Source: Neodothiora populina
Lineage: Eukaryota
Length of the DNA stretch: 64,000 bases
Reading direction: 5' to 3'
NCBI RefSeq assembly: GCF_041146345.1
Contig: NW_027191406.1
Span: 496,001-560,000 of the forward strand
Shown: one piece after another, positions 1 to 13,101 of the stretch
How positions within the stretch are numbered: position 1 is the first letter of the stretch
Layout of the letters: every line of letters begins with the position of its first letter
Position numbers and translations under genes: made by a program
Notes under the pieces: generated by a model
The model's input: only the letters and a program-made list of their open reading frames with translations
The model's database searches: none
What the model was told of the DNA's origin: nothing

Positions 1-768
1 CAGCAGTAAATAATACCTTCCTGCGGTCTGTCTGTTTATTCACTGTGTCCTTGTTTTCCCACCTTAGCTTTTACTGTATCATACCTATTATTCTGTCATC
101 CACACCGCGCACGCGTCACCGGTTCGCCCGTCCACGATCCGCCGAAACCGAGCTCCAGCTTCCACCTTCCAAGTTGCTGCACTGTATCATCTTCGTCAGA
201 TCATACCTTACACAGCTGCCTTTTGAGTAAAACAATTCAAGCATACTAAATTCACCAACGTGCGGGCTGCGCCAAACTGCTAGAGCAGCAGCAAAAAGTT
301 TACAACTTCCACAGGAGCTCCCGAATCTTTGCTGTTGGCCTACCATCATAACATCAATTGTTGTCGAACAGAAACAGCGAGAGAAATAGCCACAACGCTA
401 CTCGACGCTGGAGAAACCATAGCATTATCATCATCATCTCCAGGTCTCTCGACTGTCATCACGCCATCCACGGTTTGCACAAGATTCTCCTTCTGGCTGG
501 CATCCGCGACGCAACTCTGAACATATCCACAAAGTTCCGGTTTCTGGCAAACCGCGCACTTTGCTTTTTCATATAGCGTGTCTACACCTGTCGTTTTGCA
601 AAACAACTGCATCCGACCTGATTCCCGACAGATACTCCTCTTGGAAGATAGAGACGGCAGGGCAAATCGCGTAGAGCGAAACTTACGCTTGGTCGATCCA
701 GTCAGGAAATCGGTAAAGACTGCTAAGCAGCTTTGTCGAAAACATCATCGAAGTCTGCAGCTGCAAAC

Positions 769-3700
769 ATGGCTCCAGCTTCTCGACCTGAGCACAAAAT
801 CAACCTCGACAATCTGCCGCAGATGAACTTCGGACAGCCGCGGTCTGCGGCTTCGACTGCTGGCAATTCTCCCGTCGAGGCACCGGCCGGCACTGGCCTG
901 AGGTATCCGCTCGGCAACAGCCTGGCCAACACTGGTAGCATGGGTCTTGTTAATAGGACTGGAGCTGGCTCTCCGTCCAAAGAGTTCGGCAGTCGCCTGT
1001 TCAGCAAGCGCGCCCGTGAGATACAGGCTCAAGAGGGCATCAACCCGCAAATATGGGGTCCTCCCACCACTAACAGCGGCCACTCGACCCCCTTACGTGA
1101 GACCATCCCCGAGTCGCCAAGCAATGACAACTTCCCCGACTTCGATCAGTCCGCCGATGACCTCTCGCCTGCTGCTCCCTCGGCCGGACGTCGCTTGCGT
1201 GCCGGAACCGTGCCTTCACGATTTCCTCCCGTTGGCAGTGTCCCTCTGAATGGGCAGAATTCGAATCCTTCATTGCAACAGCCCAAGTCATCACGTCCCT
1301 CTCCATCCTCGAGTCCTCTGCAAGCTGCGCCGTATGGGTCTGTCGGTGAGGCCGCTCCGGGTGCAGCAGGAATAAACGCTTCTCAAAGGTCGCTCCTGTC
1401 AAGGCTACGCGCTGGTTCTATGCCACAGCGGGCCAACATACTGAACAGCCAGAGTCCATTTGGTCCATCATACTTCTCGAATGGTTGGTCCGGTGGTCGA
1501 GAGCGAGCCAGCACGTTACAGAGCATTCGATCCAACGATGGTCCTTCTTCTCCAGCTCAGTCTTCGAGGGATTCCTTCGCCGAAGGCGATGTCAAGACCC
1601 TGGACTACCTCGGCCTCGTCGATAACCCTCACTCTGCAAGAGCCTTGGATGCTGCCATGATGGGAGGAAACCAGCCACCACTGGTCCACCCAACCATCGC
1701 GGATCTGGCTGCGCTGAACGCCTACAACAAGACGGCCAACCGCTTCAGGTCGTACTCGGTCAATGCAAAAGAAAAGTATGCAGACGGCGAGGATGATGAC
1801 ATGGCTCAACTGGACGAGTACAGTAACATTTACGGTACACCTCTGACGCCTTCATCCGAGGTTACGGCAGCTCAAGCTCTGGCGGTACAGGAGGCTGTTC
1901 GTCAGCACAACCTTGACGTTCAGGCCTTTGCGACTCTTGCAAGTGCGAACAGACCCCGTGCGAGGACCGCAGGCGTGCTGGACTCTCCGTCCTCGAGACT
2001 TCTTCGCAACTATCTGCCCACTCCATCGCGTCTCGCAGACAGTAGTATCACCGCTGCCGATCTCGAGGATCGTGAAGGCCTCGACTACAATACTCTCGCC
2101 GACGCAGTCGAGCAGATGAATCTCGAACACAGACAGCCTCTCGATTCGGCCATGGAGAACCCGACGAGAGCTTTGTGGCTTGGAAACATCCCACCTTCCA
2201 CCACCGTGTCTTCGCTGAATGTTATTTTCAATGTCTTCGGGGCCATCGAATCCACCAGAGTTCTCACTCACAAGAGCTGTGGATTTGTCAACTTCGAGAA
2301 GCTCGAGAGTGCTATGCTGGCCAAGTCTGAGCTCAACGAGCGCGAAATCTTTCCTGGAGCGGGACCTATTCGCATTGGCTATGCAAAGGTTCCCAGCAAC
2401 ACTGCCACCCCAGGCGCCGCTGGCTCTTTCCAATCACACAGCCCTGACCCCTTTGCAAAGGACGGCTCCAGTGAGAACCTCGGTGCTGGTCTGAGACCAG
2501 AGAACATCAATGCTGCCACCGCTGCTGCTGCCCTGGCCACCCCTAACCTACGTGACATGCGTAGTGACATATTCGCCATTGTGCAGGAGCTCGGCGCCAG
2601 TCAAGAAGAGCAGACTCGCATCAGTGCTGGTGTGGAACAAGCTATAAGCTACGATCTCTACCACACCGAGATCCCTCCCATTTCCGAGCCTAGCCATAAC
2701 AGAACCCACGACGCTCCTCATCTGAGGGACATCAGGAAGCGCATCGACAACCAGAGCGTCACCCAGGCTGAGATTGAAAGTATCGCCATGGAAATGTTGC
2801 CTGAGATCGCCGAGCTCGCGTCTGACTACCTCGGCAACACCGTCGTGCAGAAGCTGTTCGAGAATTGTTCCGAAGGCGTCAAAGAGGCCATGCTCGCCGA
2901 AATAGCACCCCACCTGGCAGAGATCGGAGTGCACAAGAACGGAACGTGGGCTGCACAGAAGATCATTGATGTAGCAAGGACTCCTGCCCAGATGGACATG
3001 ATAGTCACCGCTCTGCGACCTTATGCGACGGCTCTGTTCCTCGATCAGTATGGCAACTATGTCATGCAGTGCTGCTTGCGCTTCGCATCGCCACACAACG
3101 ATTTCATCTTCGACGCCATGCTTCAGCGTTTGTGGGAGGTCGCTCAAGGCCGCTTCGGTGCTCGCGCGATGCGGGCCTGCCTGGAGAGTCACTACGCGAC
3201 CCGGGACCAGCAGAGGATGATCGCGGCCGCTGTTGCACTTCACAGCGTGCAGCTTGCGACCAATGCAAATGGTGCCCTGCTGCTGACCTGGTTCCTCGAC
3301 ACTTGTACCTTCCCACGCCGCCGATCTGTCCTTGCCCCGCGCCTCATTCCTCATCTTGTCCATCTGTGCACGCACAAGGTCGCATACCTTACAGTGCTCA
3401 AGATTGTGAACCAGAGAAGCGAATCGGAGGCTCGCGAAGCCGTACTAAACGCATTGTTCTTCTCTCCAAACGACTCTATCCTCGAGGACATTCTGAGCGA
3501 TCAGAGCTGCGGAGCGACATTCATCTTCAAGGTTCTGACCACGCCATTCCTCGACGAGAAGATCCGACCCCAAGTACTCGAGAATGTCCGCAATGTGCTA
3601 CTCCGCCTCAAGGCACAACCTCAGCAGGGATACAAGAGACTGATGGACGAGGTCGGTCTCTCATCGCGACACGGTGGCTCGTCTGCCAGCCGCGACGCAA

Positions 3701-4316
3701 GCCAGACACGGTCGTCCTCTAGAGGTGCGGGAGCTCGTGGCCACATGCCTCACATGGAAGGGCCCCCAGCTTTCGCACGCGCTCCATACACTCAAATGCC
3801 AGGACAGGGCATGGACCACATGATGGGAGGCGGACTACAGAGAAGCACCAGCATTGAGTCCAACGGCTTCGATCCATACTCTGCAGGAGGTGTCATGGGC
3901 CCAGCCTACACGCACAGCCCAGCCGTGTCAAACATGTCGCCGGTAGCATCTCAGCAAATGCAATACCAGCAAGCTATGCTCCAGCAACAGGCTGTCAATG
4001 CTGGTGCACAGCGGCCGAACGGGTATTACCAAGGCGGCAATGTGCCAATGAATGGATACGGACCGGGCGCCCCGTCGATGATGGATGCCTACGGACGTCC
4101 AGGCATGGGTGGATCTCCCATGACAGGTGGACCGCCAAACGGCTTTCCTCAAGGAGGCTACAGCCCACAGATGGGAATGGGTGGATTCCAATATCCAATG
4201 AACTACTACCCGCCGCAACAGGGACAAGTGGGCGGACAGCGAAGGGGAAGGGTAGGTTGAATCGGAACGGTGCCGGACTGAGTGAACAGAGTTGCTGACG
4301 GCCGACGCAGAGATGA
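769..4316 (+). CDS. JSN1: Pumilio (PUF) repeat + RRM RNA-binding protein, Jsn1/Puf1-Puf2 family
   Basis: First ATG at 769, in frame with the 1175-aa ORF. RRM (RALWLGNIP...CGFVNF) followed by PUF repeats (DYLGNTVVQKLFE, HKNGTWAAQKIID, DQYGNYVMQCCL). Terminal intron 4252-4310 (GTAGGT...GCTGAC...GCAG) gives a last exon AGA TGA. Confidence 0.9.
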
Positions 4317-5390
4317 TTCACACGCCTATGACATCCGATTGAATACAATATTAGAGCCAGGTATCATTTCAAATATTATTGTGTAGTCCGCATTGTTGCA
4401 TGGTTTAGAAGAAGGTCGTCGACGAGGTGGTTTGTTGAGCACTGGCTGCTTTGACAAGGGCCTCGCGACACCCGTGTACGAACATACAGACAAAAAAACA
4501 AAAAGGGAGCATACGGGAATATCAAGGAAAAATGTCAATCGAGCTGGAGGGACAGCATGGCCTTCCGGCGGGAAAAGAAAAGGGAGGCAGGAGGATAAGA
4601 CTGGCGCAGACTTTGGAACAGGAAAAGTGGAAGGTCTGGCCAATTCAGGTGGTTTATACAGTATGTAGGGTACGAGGTTCATGTGTGCATAGCAATCCGG
4701 TCATTCTTTCTTTGCTTCTCGACACCCTTTGCGAGTTTCTTTGTCCCCCTTCAGATGGAGAAAGTACATGTCACTGCAAGTGATGAGTTGAAGAGCATTA
4801 TATTGTCAGGAATACATAGGTCGAAGATGCATCCGTGGAATCCACACCTTGTCAATGAATATAGGCAGTGACAGGTGAGAACAGCGGTGTCTGCTGTCTG
4901 AACCACTGCTTGCAACTTAAGTGTTACTGTTTCTGTTGGTACCTTAGTAGTAGTGAGAAAGGATAATTATACTTTGATATCTCCTATTATTAACGCCGGA
5001 CAAGTCAGCGAACGCGGAGGCGGGATAAATCATAGGACTGTTACAGTTACAGCTAGCTATTTGTACAGTAACAATACCTTATTTCGCAAGGGGCAAGCTG
5101 GCTTTTTAAATAACAACAGATCGGCGAGAGAGGGGACGCACGTACTGTATGTACAGTAATATGGTCGTCGTCGTCGTCCATCCCTTTCCCGTACCGTAGA
5201 CTCTCTGTGGAATTAATCTCTCTTGAGAGCTTCTCCGACGACACGATCTGCAAAAGTAACACAGCTTCATGTCGCATCATCCATTGCCGCCTTAATTCCC
5301 ACTACTCAAAGTAGCAGCCCCTGGTTGTTGGTGGTGGTGGCTACGGCGCAGCGACTTCCTCTTTTTCAAGCAAAATACCGGTGCAGAATT

Positions 5391-6768
5391 ATGGACGCAG
5401 CGAAGCTATCCCCGCTATTCGATCTGATTGTCGACACATACCAGAATGTGCCATTGTGGAAGCTGGTACTGTTCGCTGTTGTTCATGTGGTCGGATCTAT
5501 CTTTCTTGTATGTTTATCCGTGTCGTCTTCTACAATGATTCTTGTATCAAGAGTGCGAGAGCTATATGAGCCCTGGTAGTCAATGGAGGATACAGATGGC
5601 AAGGCACAGTGTGCTGACTTGTGCGCTCTCATAGCTCTATGTTGGCCTCTACCTCGTAGCCCCGGTCCCTCGACCTGCTCGGAAGTCCGAGAAAACATAC
5701 ATTGCGATCCAGCCGGATGGGACGACTTCGAAGCCTTGCGTCCAGCCATGTTGGTATGATGACCACATAAAGCTCAAAGCCCTCGTTCAGGAAGGCAAGA
5801 TCGCTACCCGAGACGCATTCAAACTGGAGAGTGGGGAGGTCTTCATGTCGGTGGTCGTACCGGCATACAACGAGCAAGACAGAATGAGTGGGATGCTGGA
5901 GGAGGCGATTGAATACCTCCAATCAGCTTATCCTGCGCCGACGTCGACATTAAACACAGCCACGAAAGGCGCGTCAGAGAAGAAGATGGCCAGGGGCTGG
6001 GAGATCTTGATTGTCTCCGACGGTTCCACGGACAAGACCGTCGACACTGCGCTTTCCTTTGCGCGAAATCATCAACTCTCGACACATCCCTCGACGCCCG
6101 CGGGCCCCTGGACCACCAATGACACGACAAAAGTACGCACGAAATCAGCGCCCAAGGTCGGGATGGTCTCGACAAAGATCCCCCACGGCTGTATTCGCGT
6201 CATCTCGCTAGAGGAGAACAGAGGCAAAGGCGGCGCCGTCACGCACGGCATGCGCCACGCCAGAGGTCAATACGTCGTTTTCGCAGACGCCGACGGTGCT
6301 TCTCGCTTTTCAGATCTCGGCAAGCTGGTCGAGGGATGCCAAAAAGTGCAAGATGCGAAAGGAAGATCTGTGGGTGTGGGCAGCCGCGCGCACATGGTGG
6401 GCAGTGAAGCGGTGGTGAAGCGATCATTTCTACGAAACGCTCTCATGCACTCGTTCCACTTGCTGCTTCGTCTCATGACGCCGCCGGCCACGGCATCCAT
6501 CAAGGACACGCAATGTGGATTCAAGCTGTTTAGTCGTCCCGCTTTACCCTATATTGTTCCATATATGCACAGCGAAGGCTGGATCTTCGATGTCGAGATG
6601 CTCATGCTCGCCGAGAGCGCGGGTATCCCCATGGCTGAGGTGCCCATTGGCTGGAAGGAAGTCGGAGGCAGCAAGTTGAACGTTGTCTGGGACTCATTGG
6701 GCATGGCGTGGGGACTGGCGGTGCTCAGAGCTGCATGGACGGTCGGCATCTACAAAAGGGACGTATAG
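5391..6768 (+). CDS. ALG5: Dolichyl-phosphate beta-glucosyltransferase (GT2)
   Basis: Exon 1 5391-5507 encodes a hydrophobic anchor. Intron 5508-5634 (GTATGT...GCTGAC...TAG). Exon 2 is in frame with SVVVPAYNEQDR, NRGKGGAV, FADADGAS, DTQCGFKLF and WIFDVEML. Confidence 0.93.
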
Positions 6769-6943
6769 TTTTTTCTGTTGTTTATTTCTACCATATATCA
6801 ACATAGACAAAGAAGTTTTCCCCCGCAATCCAACACGGAAATCGCATGTTGTGTTCTTTCTAAAGCTAGCCTCTAGTCATAGTCCGCCACTGCTCCCCCG
6901 AGATGAAGGATCGCAGTCTCAAGAACGAAGCATAAACACCCAC

Positions 6944-7875
6944 TCACTGTCCCTCGTTGGCAATCCTCAAGATACGCTCACGCTCCTCAGGAGTAGTACT
7001 ATCCCTAGGCGCATCCTTGATCTTCCTAGCCGGATTGCCCGCCACGATGGAATACTCAGGCACATCCTTCGTAACCACGCTGCCAGCCCCGACCGTACTG
7101 CCCCTGCCTACCGTAACACCGGGGCAAATCACCACATTCCCGCCCACCCAAACATCCTCACCAATGACGATCGGCCGTCCCGACTCCGGGCCCTTGGTCC
7201 CATTCCTGAGCTCCGGGTCCGTAGGGTGCGTGCCGGAGTACAGAGAGACGTTCGGCCCGAACAGCGTGCGCGACCCGATCGTCACGCGGCTGGTGTCGAG
7301 GATCGTGCAGCCGAAGTTGATGAATACGTTCGTGCCCAGGGTGATGTTGGTGCCGTAGTCGGCGCGGAAGGGCGCTTCCACCCAGGGGAAGTCTTCGAGG
7401 AGGTGCTCGTCTTCGGCCGGGGTCGAGGAGGGGTTGTAAGGTGGGAGAGGGGTGGAGGTGTCGCCGAGGATGCTGTGGTTGGGGGGAAGAGATGATGTGA
7501 GTTCTGGAAGTTCTTCCTTGGGGCCATTGAACGGGAGTATGAGAAATGAAGGGGTAACAGACAAGTGGTGCTTGAGGTTCCAAAGGAGAGGCAACAGTGA
7601 ACACCATAATCTTTTCTCGCAGCTTCAATCCTTCTTGTCGTTTGTATACGTAGCTCTGCGATTTCCATTTCCATTTCCAGAGAGGGCAAAAAAAAGAACA
7701 AGACAGAAACTTACGCACGCAGCATCTCTACCTGCTGTCTTCTGCTCTCGAATGGCGTGTTGTTGTATTTGGCCATTGCCTCGGCGCACCTTCGTCGCAG
7801 AGCCACGAGTTCGGGCGTGAAGGCATGGTAGAGGTCGCCTCGGAGGGCACGTTGGAAGTTCTCGGATGGGACCAT
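6944..7875 (-). CDS. Maltose/galactoside O-acetyltransferase-like protein (Mac domain + left-handed beta-helix hexapeptide repeats)
   Basis: Exon 1 7875-7715 (MVPSENFQRALRGDLYHAFTPELVALRRRC). Intron 7714-7473 (GTAAGT...CAG). Exon 2 has VEAPFRADYGTNI, GPNVSLYSGTHP, IGEDVWVGGNVVICPGVTVG and AGNPARKIK. Confidence 0.88.
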
Positions 7876-8695
7876 TTTTGTTATAGGTATTTATGTTTGC
7901 CGTCTGGATGTACTTTATACGTGTAGATTGATATATAGGAACAAGTAGTGGGAGACAACCAGCCAGAGAAGAACGACGAGGCAGGTCTCTGATGAACGAA
8001 ACAGCGAGACAGATAGTGATACACGGCTTTATTTATATTCCAAAGTCTTGTTACCAAACCAAACCCAAAAAAAACAAGTCGACACGCACAGTATGTTCTG
8101 TTCTGAATGAGGTATCTATACCTTTCTGTACACGTATTCTTAGTCTGGATACTTACTGTATCAAGAACACCAAGACAACCTTATCACCTTTCTGTCTCGG
8201 CAGGGGAAATCCTTCGAGGTTCCACAGTCCTAAAGACGACCCTCGAGACGATCAACGTAGACGATCAAAGGAACGGCGAGTCGAGAGGCGGTTGAACGGG
8301 GGCCATGATTCATGCGATGCTCCACAGACAACAACAATGCCTGCTCTGGGGTCCCCAAAAGAGCGACAGTGACGTTTTGGGGATCGGTGACGCTTTGAGA
8401 TGGCTGTTTAACACCCTGTTGAAGGCGTTAGTCGGACTTAGGGATTATCAATATTGTTCCGCTGAGCCTCGTTGTTTCAACAATCAATCCGATGAACCCA
8501 GAAATACTGTACACACAACAAGAACAATATGAACAAAGACGGCGAAGGCCAGTGATAATGTGCGCGTTCCTGCATTCTTTTTCGGTTTCGCTCTGATCGC
8601 TTTGCTTCTACACGTTTGCGACTTGGTCTTTTGGGTCTTTGTATACTGTGTCGATAATAAAAAGTATACTTCTTCCTCGACATCAACAAACAAAC

Positions 8696-9630
8696 ATGGC
8701 CTCGTCAATCTCGGTCGCCAACACCATAGGCACACCATACACATCAATCGACGACCCGGACATCTCGCGCCCCACCGCCGTAACAGCCTCATCATCAACC
8801 ATGAACGGCACCCCAACCGCACGCACAACCTCACCACCATACCACGACACCTCCCTTTCGCCATCCGGCTACCGCTCACTCAGCTCCATCGCGCTACACG
8901 CCTTCGCCCTCGGCACCTCGCTGGGCCTCTGCGTCCTCCTTGCCCCCTACCTAGCGCTACACCACAACCGGCTGTGGCGGCTGCCCGAGTTCATCGCCAC
9001 GCTGTGCATCTTCCACTTCCTAGAGTTCTACACGACGGCGCGCTGGAACACGCCCAACGCGCGCGTTTCGAGTTTCCTGCTCTTCAGCAATGGCGCGGCG
9101 TATAACGTGGCGCACGCGAGCGCGATGGTCGAAATCGCCGTTTCGTCGCTTCTTTTCCCGCGTTGGCAAGCGCTGGGCTCAAGCAGCTTGACGCTCGCGG
9201 TCGGCGCGGCAATGGTCGTCGTCGGACAAGTCGTGCGCAGCGTCGCGATGGCTGAGGCGGGCAAGAGCTTCAATCATATCCCGCAGCGCAAGAAGAGAGA
9301 TGACCACGTGCTTGTCACCAGCGGTGTTTATGCTTGGGTCAGGCACCCGAGTTATTTCGGGTATTATTACTTTGCCGTCGGCACGCAGGTCGTCGTCGGG
9401 AACAAGGTCTGCGCGCTCGTATATGCGGGCGTGCTCTGGGTTTTCTTCAGGAACAGAATCGCTGGTGGGTTATGCCTTTCTTTTTCTCTGTGTTTTTCTG
9501 GTGTTAAAGGCCGAGTGTCGTTCACTGACACCACTATGCAGATGAGGAACAGTACCTGATCGAGTTCTTTGGGGAAGAGTACGTGACGTTCAAGAAGAAC
9601 GTCGGCACTGGATTGCTTTTTATCAAGTGA
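8696..9630 (+). CDS. STE14: Protein-S-isoprenylcysteine O-methyltransferase
   Basis: Multi-pass membrane protein with ICMT motifs FHFLEF, SFNH and HVLVTSGVYAWVRHPSYFG. Intron 9465-9541 restores the C-terminus RIADEEQYLIEFFGEEYVTFKKNVGTGLLFIK*. Confidence 0.92.
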
Positions 9631-9973
9631 TTGTTTAACCATTCCTCAGCATAGATTTCACTGGTACCTTCTTCGCTTATTTCTCGTTCATCATCATAGT
9701 TGTTGCATTTACAAGTTGTTGTTTGATACACCATGTCTCACTTTCCACTCGTCTTGGAAGGATCTCAAAAGTAGAAGAGGAAGACATGCCGGTCCTCTCG
9801 GCGCATGCATTTTTTCTTTTTCGTCTATTCATCTGGTCCTGGCCTGGATCTAAAAGCATCAGGTCTAGCACCAGAGGAAGAAACATTAAATTACAAATTA
9901 CAAAGAACTCGACAGGCATAGCCTTGTTCGAGTTCTTTTTGACTCGTCAGACATGTCAGAACCAGAAGCCCGC

Positions 9974-11176
9974 TTAGTTCCAGTCCTTGCAAGACTTGGG
10001 GTACTGGACGGATCTCTTGACTGACTCCTTGACGCGGTCGCCGTCGACCGAGACGACCATGTTGACCTTGCGCAGCTTCTGAGCCACAGGAGCCAGAGCC
10101 TTCTGGTAAGCGTGAATGTTGCCGTAGCTCGGAGAGCCGTAGGCGACGTCGACGTCGAGGTAGAACGAGGTCGTGTTGGTGATGACCGAAGGGTCGAGCA
10201 TGACGGCCGTGGCGGTCTCGTCCCACAGAGGGAAGATGGTGCCGTAGTAGGCGTGCATGAGGTCAGAGTAAGGGTTGCTGACTTCGTGGATCTCGTCGAG
10301 CCAGTCCTGGGTCACGCTGATCTGGTTGGCAACGTTTCCGGCAATGGTGATGTTCTGGGTTTTGTCAAGTCAGTTTTGGCGTTTCCCAAAATAACAGCCT
10401 GGGGAGTATAAACTTACGGGGAAAGGTGCGGTCAGAGCAATCTTGGTGCCCTCGGGGTCAATCATGAGGTTGATGTCAGAGTTCCAGTCCGCCTGCATGG
10501 TGTCGCCGGTGGTCTGGAGAAGGTTCACATCAATGTAGCCACCCATGATGACGAGCTCACGGCAGTTCTCGGCGAAGGTGGGGTCCATTCGCACAGCAAG
10601 AGCGATGTTGGTGAGAGCACCGGCAGAGTAGATGGAAACCTGTCCGGGGTACTTTCTGACCTGCTCGATCATGAACCAAGCAGCGTCCTTGCTGGCGAAG
10701 GTGATGTTGGGGTATCCCTCGTAAAGGGCAGCCTTGGAGATTCTGTTTGGATCTCCGCTGGTGGTGTCGAAGCCGAGAGCCTCGTTGGTGAGGTTCTCCT
10801 TGGCGAAAGCACCCTCCCATGGCAGGACACCGTGAACCATTTCCCATGCTTGGAAGAGCTCGGGGGTGTTGAGGAGAGGATAGTCGGCGCCCTTGTGGAC
10901 AGGAATACATTCCAAGCCCCCGACTTCCAGGGTAGCCAGAGCGTGGAGGCCAGTTTGCAGCGCCCACGAGTTGGCGGTGTCACTGACGAGGCCAAGAACG
11001 TCCCAACCAGCATCGAGAGCCATCAGGTAGGGAATGAAACCCGCTGTGCTCCAGTCGTTGTCCATGATGACCTTGGGGGTGAGATCATTGCGCTCGCGCT
11101 TTTGCTTGGTGGGGAAGGCATCAACGACGGCACTGCCAGCCAATGTGGCGGCGAGGAGAGACTTCAGAGATGGCAT
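9974..11176 (-). CDS. Secreted inosine/uridine-preferring nucleoside hydrolase-family protein
   Basis: Signal peptide MPSLKSLLAATLAGSAVVDA followed by a KR site. Nucleoside hydrolase fold motifs VIMDND, IPVHKGADYPL, SAGALTNIALAVR, LVIMGG, INLMIDPE and PLWDETA. Intron 10417-10355 (GTAAGT...CTGAC...CAG) joins the two ORFs. Confidence 0.85.
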
Positions 11177-11548
11177 GATGATCGATGGAACGAGCTCTGT
11201 CACAGGATACTATTGTCACTCTCTGACTTACGGTTCGAGTGCGCGAGGATGTCTGATATTTGTATTTCGCGCTCAGCAGCAAGCTGCCGAGTGATACACA
11301 TTTTCTTATCAGCCAAGCAGTGACGATAAGTGCGCGAAGGCTATTATGCAAAGCTTGGAGAAGGTTACAGGCAATCTGACCATCATCTGGAGTCTAATGC
11401 AGGCACGCGAGCCGGAAACCCATTTTACAGAGATAGCATACTGTAAGTCAAATTAGTGTAGTGAGGTCCGGACGGAGATAGGCAAGATAGTCGGTTGAAG
11501 TTCTGAGGGCAAGTGGATCAGTTGGGTGCACAGAGCCGAGGACAGACT

Positions 11549-11561
11549 TCGGCGGCCTCCG
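11549..11561. promoter_or_regulatory. Putative UaY-type Zn2Cys6 site (TCGG-N6-CCG) upstream of the nucleoside hydrolase
   Basis: TCGG-CGGCCT-CCG, with five HGATAR sites at 11305-11490 between it and the ATG. Motif match only. Confidence 0.3.
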
Positions 11562-12290
11562 CTGGTCATTAGCGAAACGTGGAAGAACAAATGGAACAGG
11601 ATCTCCTGCGTGCTGAAGGTTCGAGACCATATCACTTGACCTGCCGCATGGAGGCATACCCAGAAGAACTGGGAGACTTGGCTGTCTTGGGGGTTGTCAT
11701 TGTGCATCTGTCAATACCGTACCCTAAGGACGGTTGGAGATAAACGTTTCTGGGCCGGTGCCGGAGAAGCACACGCAGGGTTCAGTCTGGTAAGCAAAAT
11801 AGTGTATTACTTTGAGTGAAGCATGTCTAGAGTGAGGTCGGCAGGGTCCACTTCTTTTTGAACTATGCTAAATCGCCTCGGCGGCACATTAGGTGTACAA
11901 GGATATCCTGGATGATGCGCTTACAAGGTCTGAAAACACCTTGCCACAGTTGTCTGTCAGGTGCGTCGCATCGTATAGGGAAGTATACAGTAGGAGACCA
12001 ATGGTGTCAATTCACCTACTACTTTTGTGTGGTTCCAAGTGGGGTAGGTCTCTGGATGTGGAAAATGTCTCAATTGAGTGGTGAATGCGAGCGTCCATGC
12101 ATAAAAAAGACGCATGGATGGTGCATGCAAAATGCCAAGAGTCGACGGAAAGAGGAAGGGCCGACGACACAGAAGGCAGTCGCAGTCAGCTCGCGTCGGT
12201 CCGCTTACACGTTGAAGTTGAAGTTGAAGTGATTCCTCTTTTGTGTTTGTGCCATTCTACGACATCAGTGTCGGCAATTCCAACGACGAC

Positions 12291-13101
12291 ATGGCGCGTA
12301 ATGCAGAGAAAAGGTGAGTGAGACGAATGGCGCTGCCATATGCTTATGATCAGGCTGTTCAGTAGCTGACACATTGTGAACAAATACAGTCAGTCTATGC
12401 TGTTCCGCTTCAGGGCGCAACAAGCAGCAGACCTCGGCATCCTCGACACCACACGCACTCGCCGGCCGAAAGCCATCTCACAGCAAGAGTCTATCCCTAC
12501 TTGCGAACGCTGGCGCGGACAGGTCCTCAAGGAGATCTCACGCAAAGTCTCCAAGATTCAAGATGCCGCCCTCTCCGACTTCCAGATCCGCGACATCAAC
12601 GACGAGCTCAACAAACTCTTCAAGGAGAAATGGCAATGGGAGATGCGCATCCGTGAGCTTGGCGGCCCGAACTACATGCGCGGTGGTGGACGCGTGGTAG
12701 ACGAAGAGGGAAGAGAGATACAAGGAGGCGGTAAAGGCTATCGCTACTTTGGAAGAGCACGAGAACTGCCAGGCGTCAAGGAATTGTTCGAGGCTGCCAC
12801 AGTCAAGCCACCCGAGGACAAGGCTCTGGAGAAGAGGGCAGATCTACGACAAAAGGTCGACGCGGCCTACTACGGATACAATCTTGACGAGGAGGATGGC
12901 ACTCTGCTTGGATATGAAAGCGCCACGGAGAAGGAGTCGTTCGACGCCTTTATGGCTGCAGCCGACGACAAGGGAGATGCAGATTGGGAACCATTACCTG
13001 GAGACTCTGGACACGGAGATGCATGGATTTTGCCCACCGCAGAGGACGTCGAAACGGAATTGATCGAGAGGAGGAAACGCAAATTGCTCGACAAGCTATG
13101 A
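12291..13101 (+). CDS. ISY1: Pre-mRNA splicing factor Isy1 (NTC component)
   Basis: MARNAEKSQSMLFRFR after removing intron 12314-12389 (GTGAGT...GCTGAC...CAG). Motifs CERWRGQVLKEISRKV, IRELGGPNY and GYRYFGRARELPGVKELFE. Confidence 0.95.

Noticed and set aside
2548..3375. 275-aa antisense ORF within JSN1, and similar antisense or alternate-frame ORFs over other genes (e.g. 6683-7495, 14043-14621, 62350-62895)
   Set aside because: Shadow ORFs produced by the codon bias of the real genes, with no recognisable domains.
7985..8010. CTGATGA-AC-GAAAC resembling a hammerhead ribozyme core, inside a GTCTC/GAGAC stem
   Set aside because: Only 2 nt where stem II should be, and no compatible stems I/III. 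Treated as chance.
8352..8383. 9-bp inverted repeat TCCCCAAAA/TTTTGGGGA
   Set aside because: An isolated hairpin of this size is expected by chance in 64 kb, and there is no supporting ncRNA motif.
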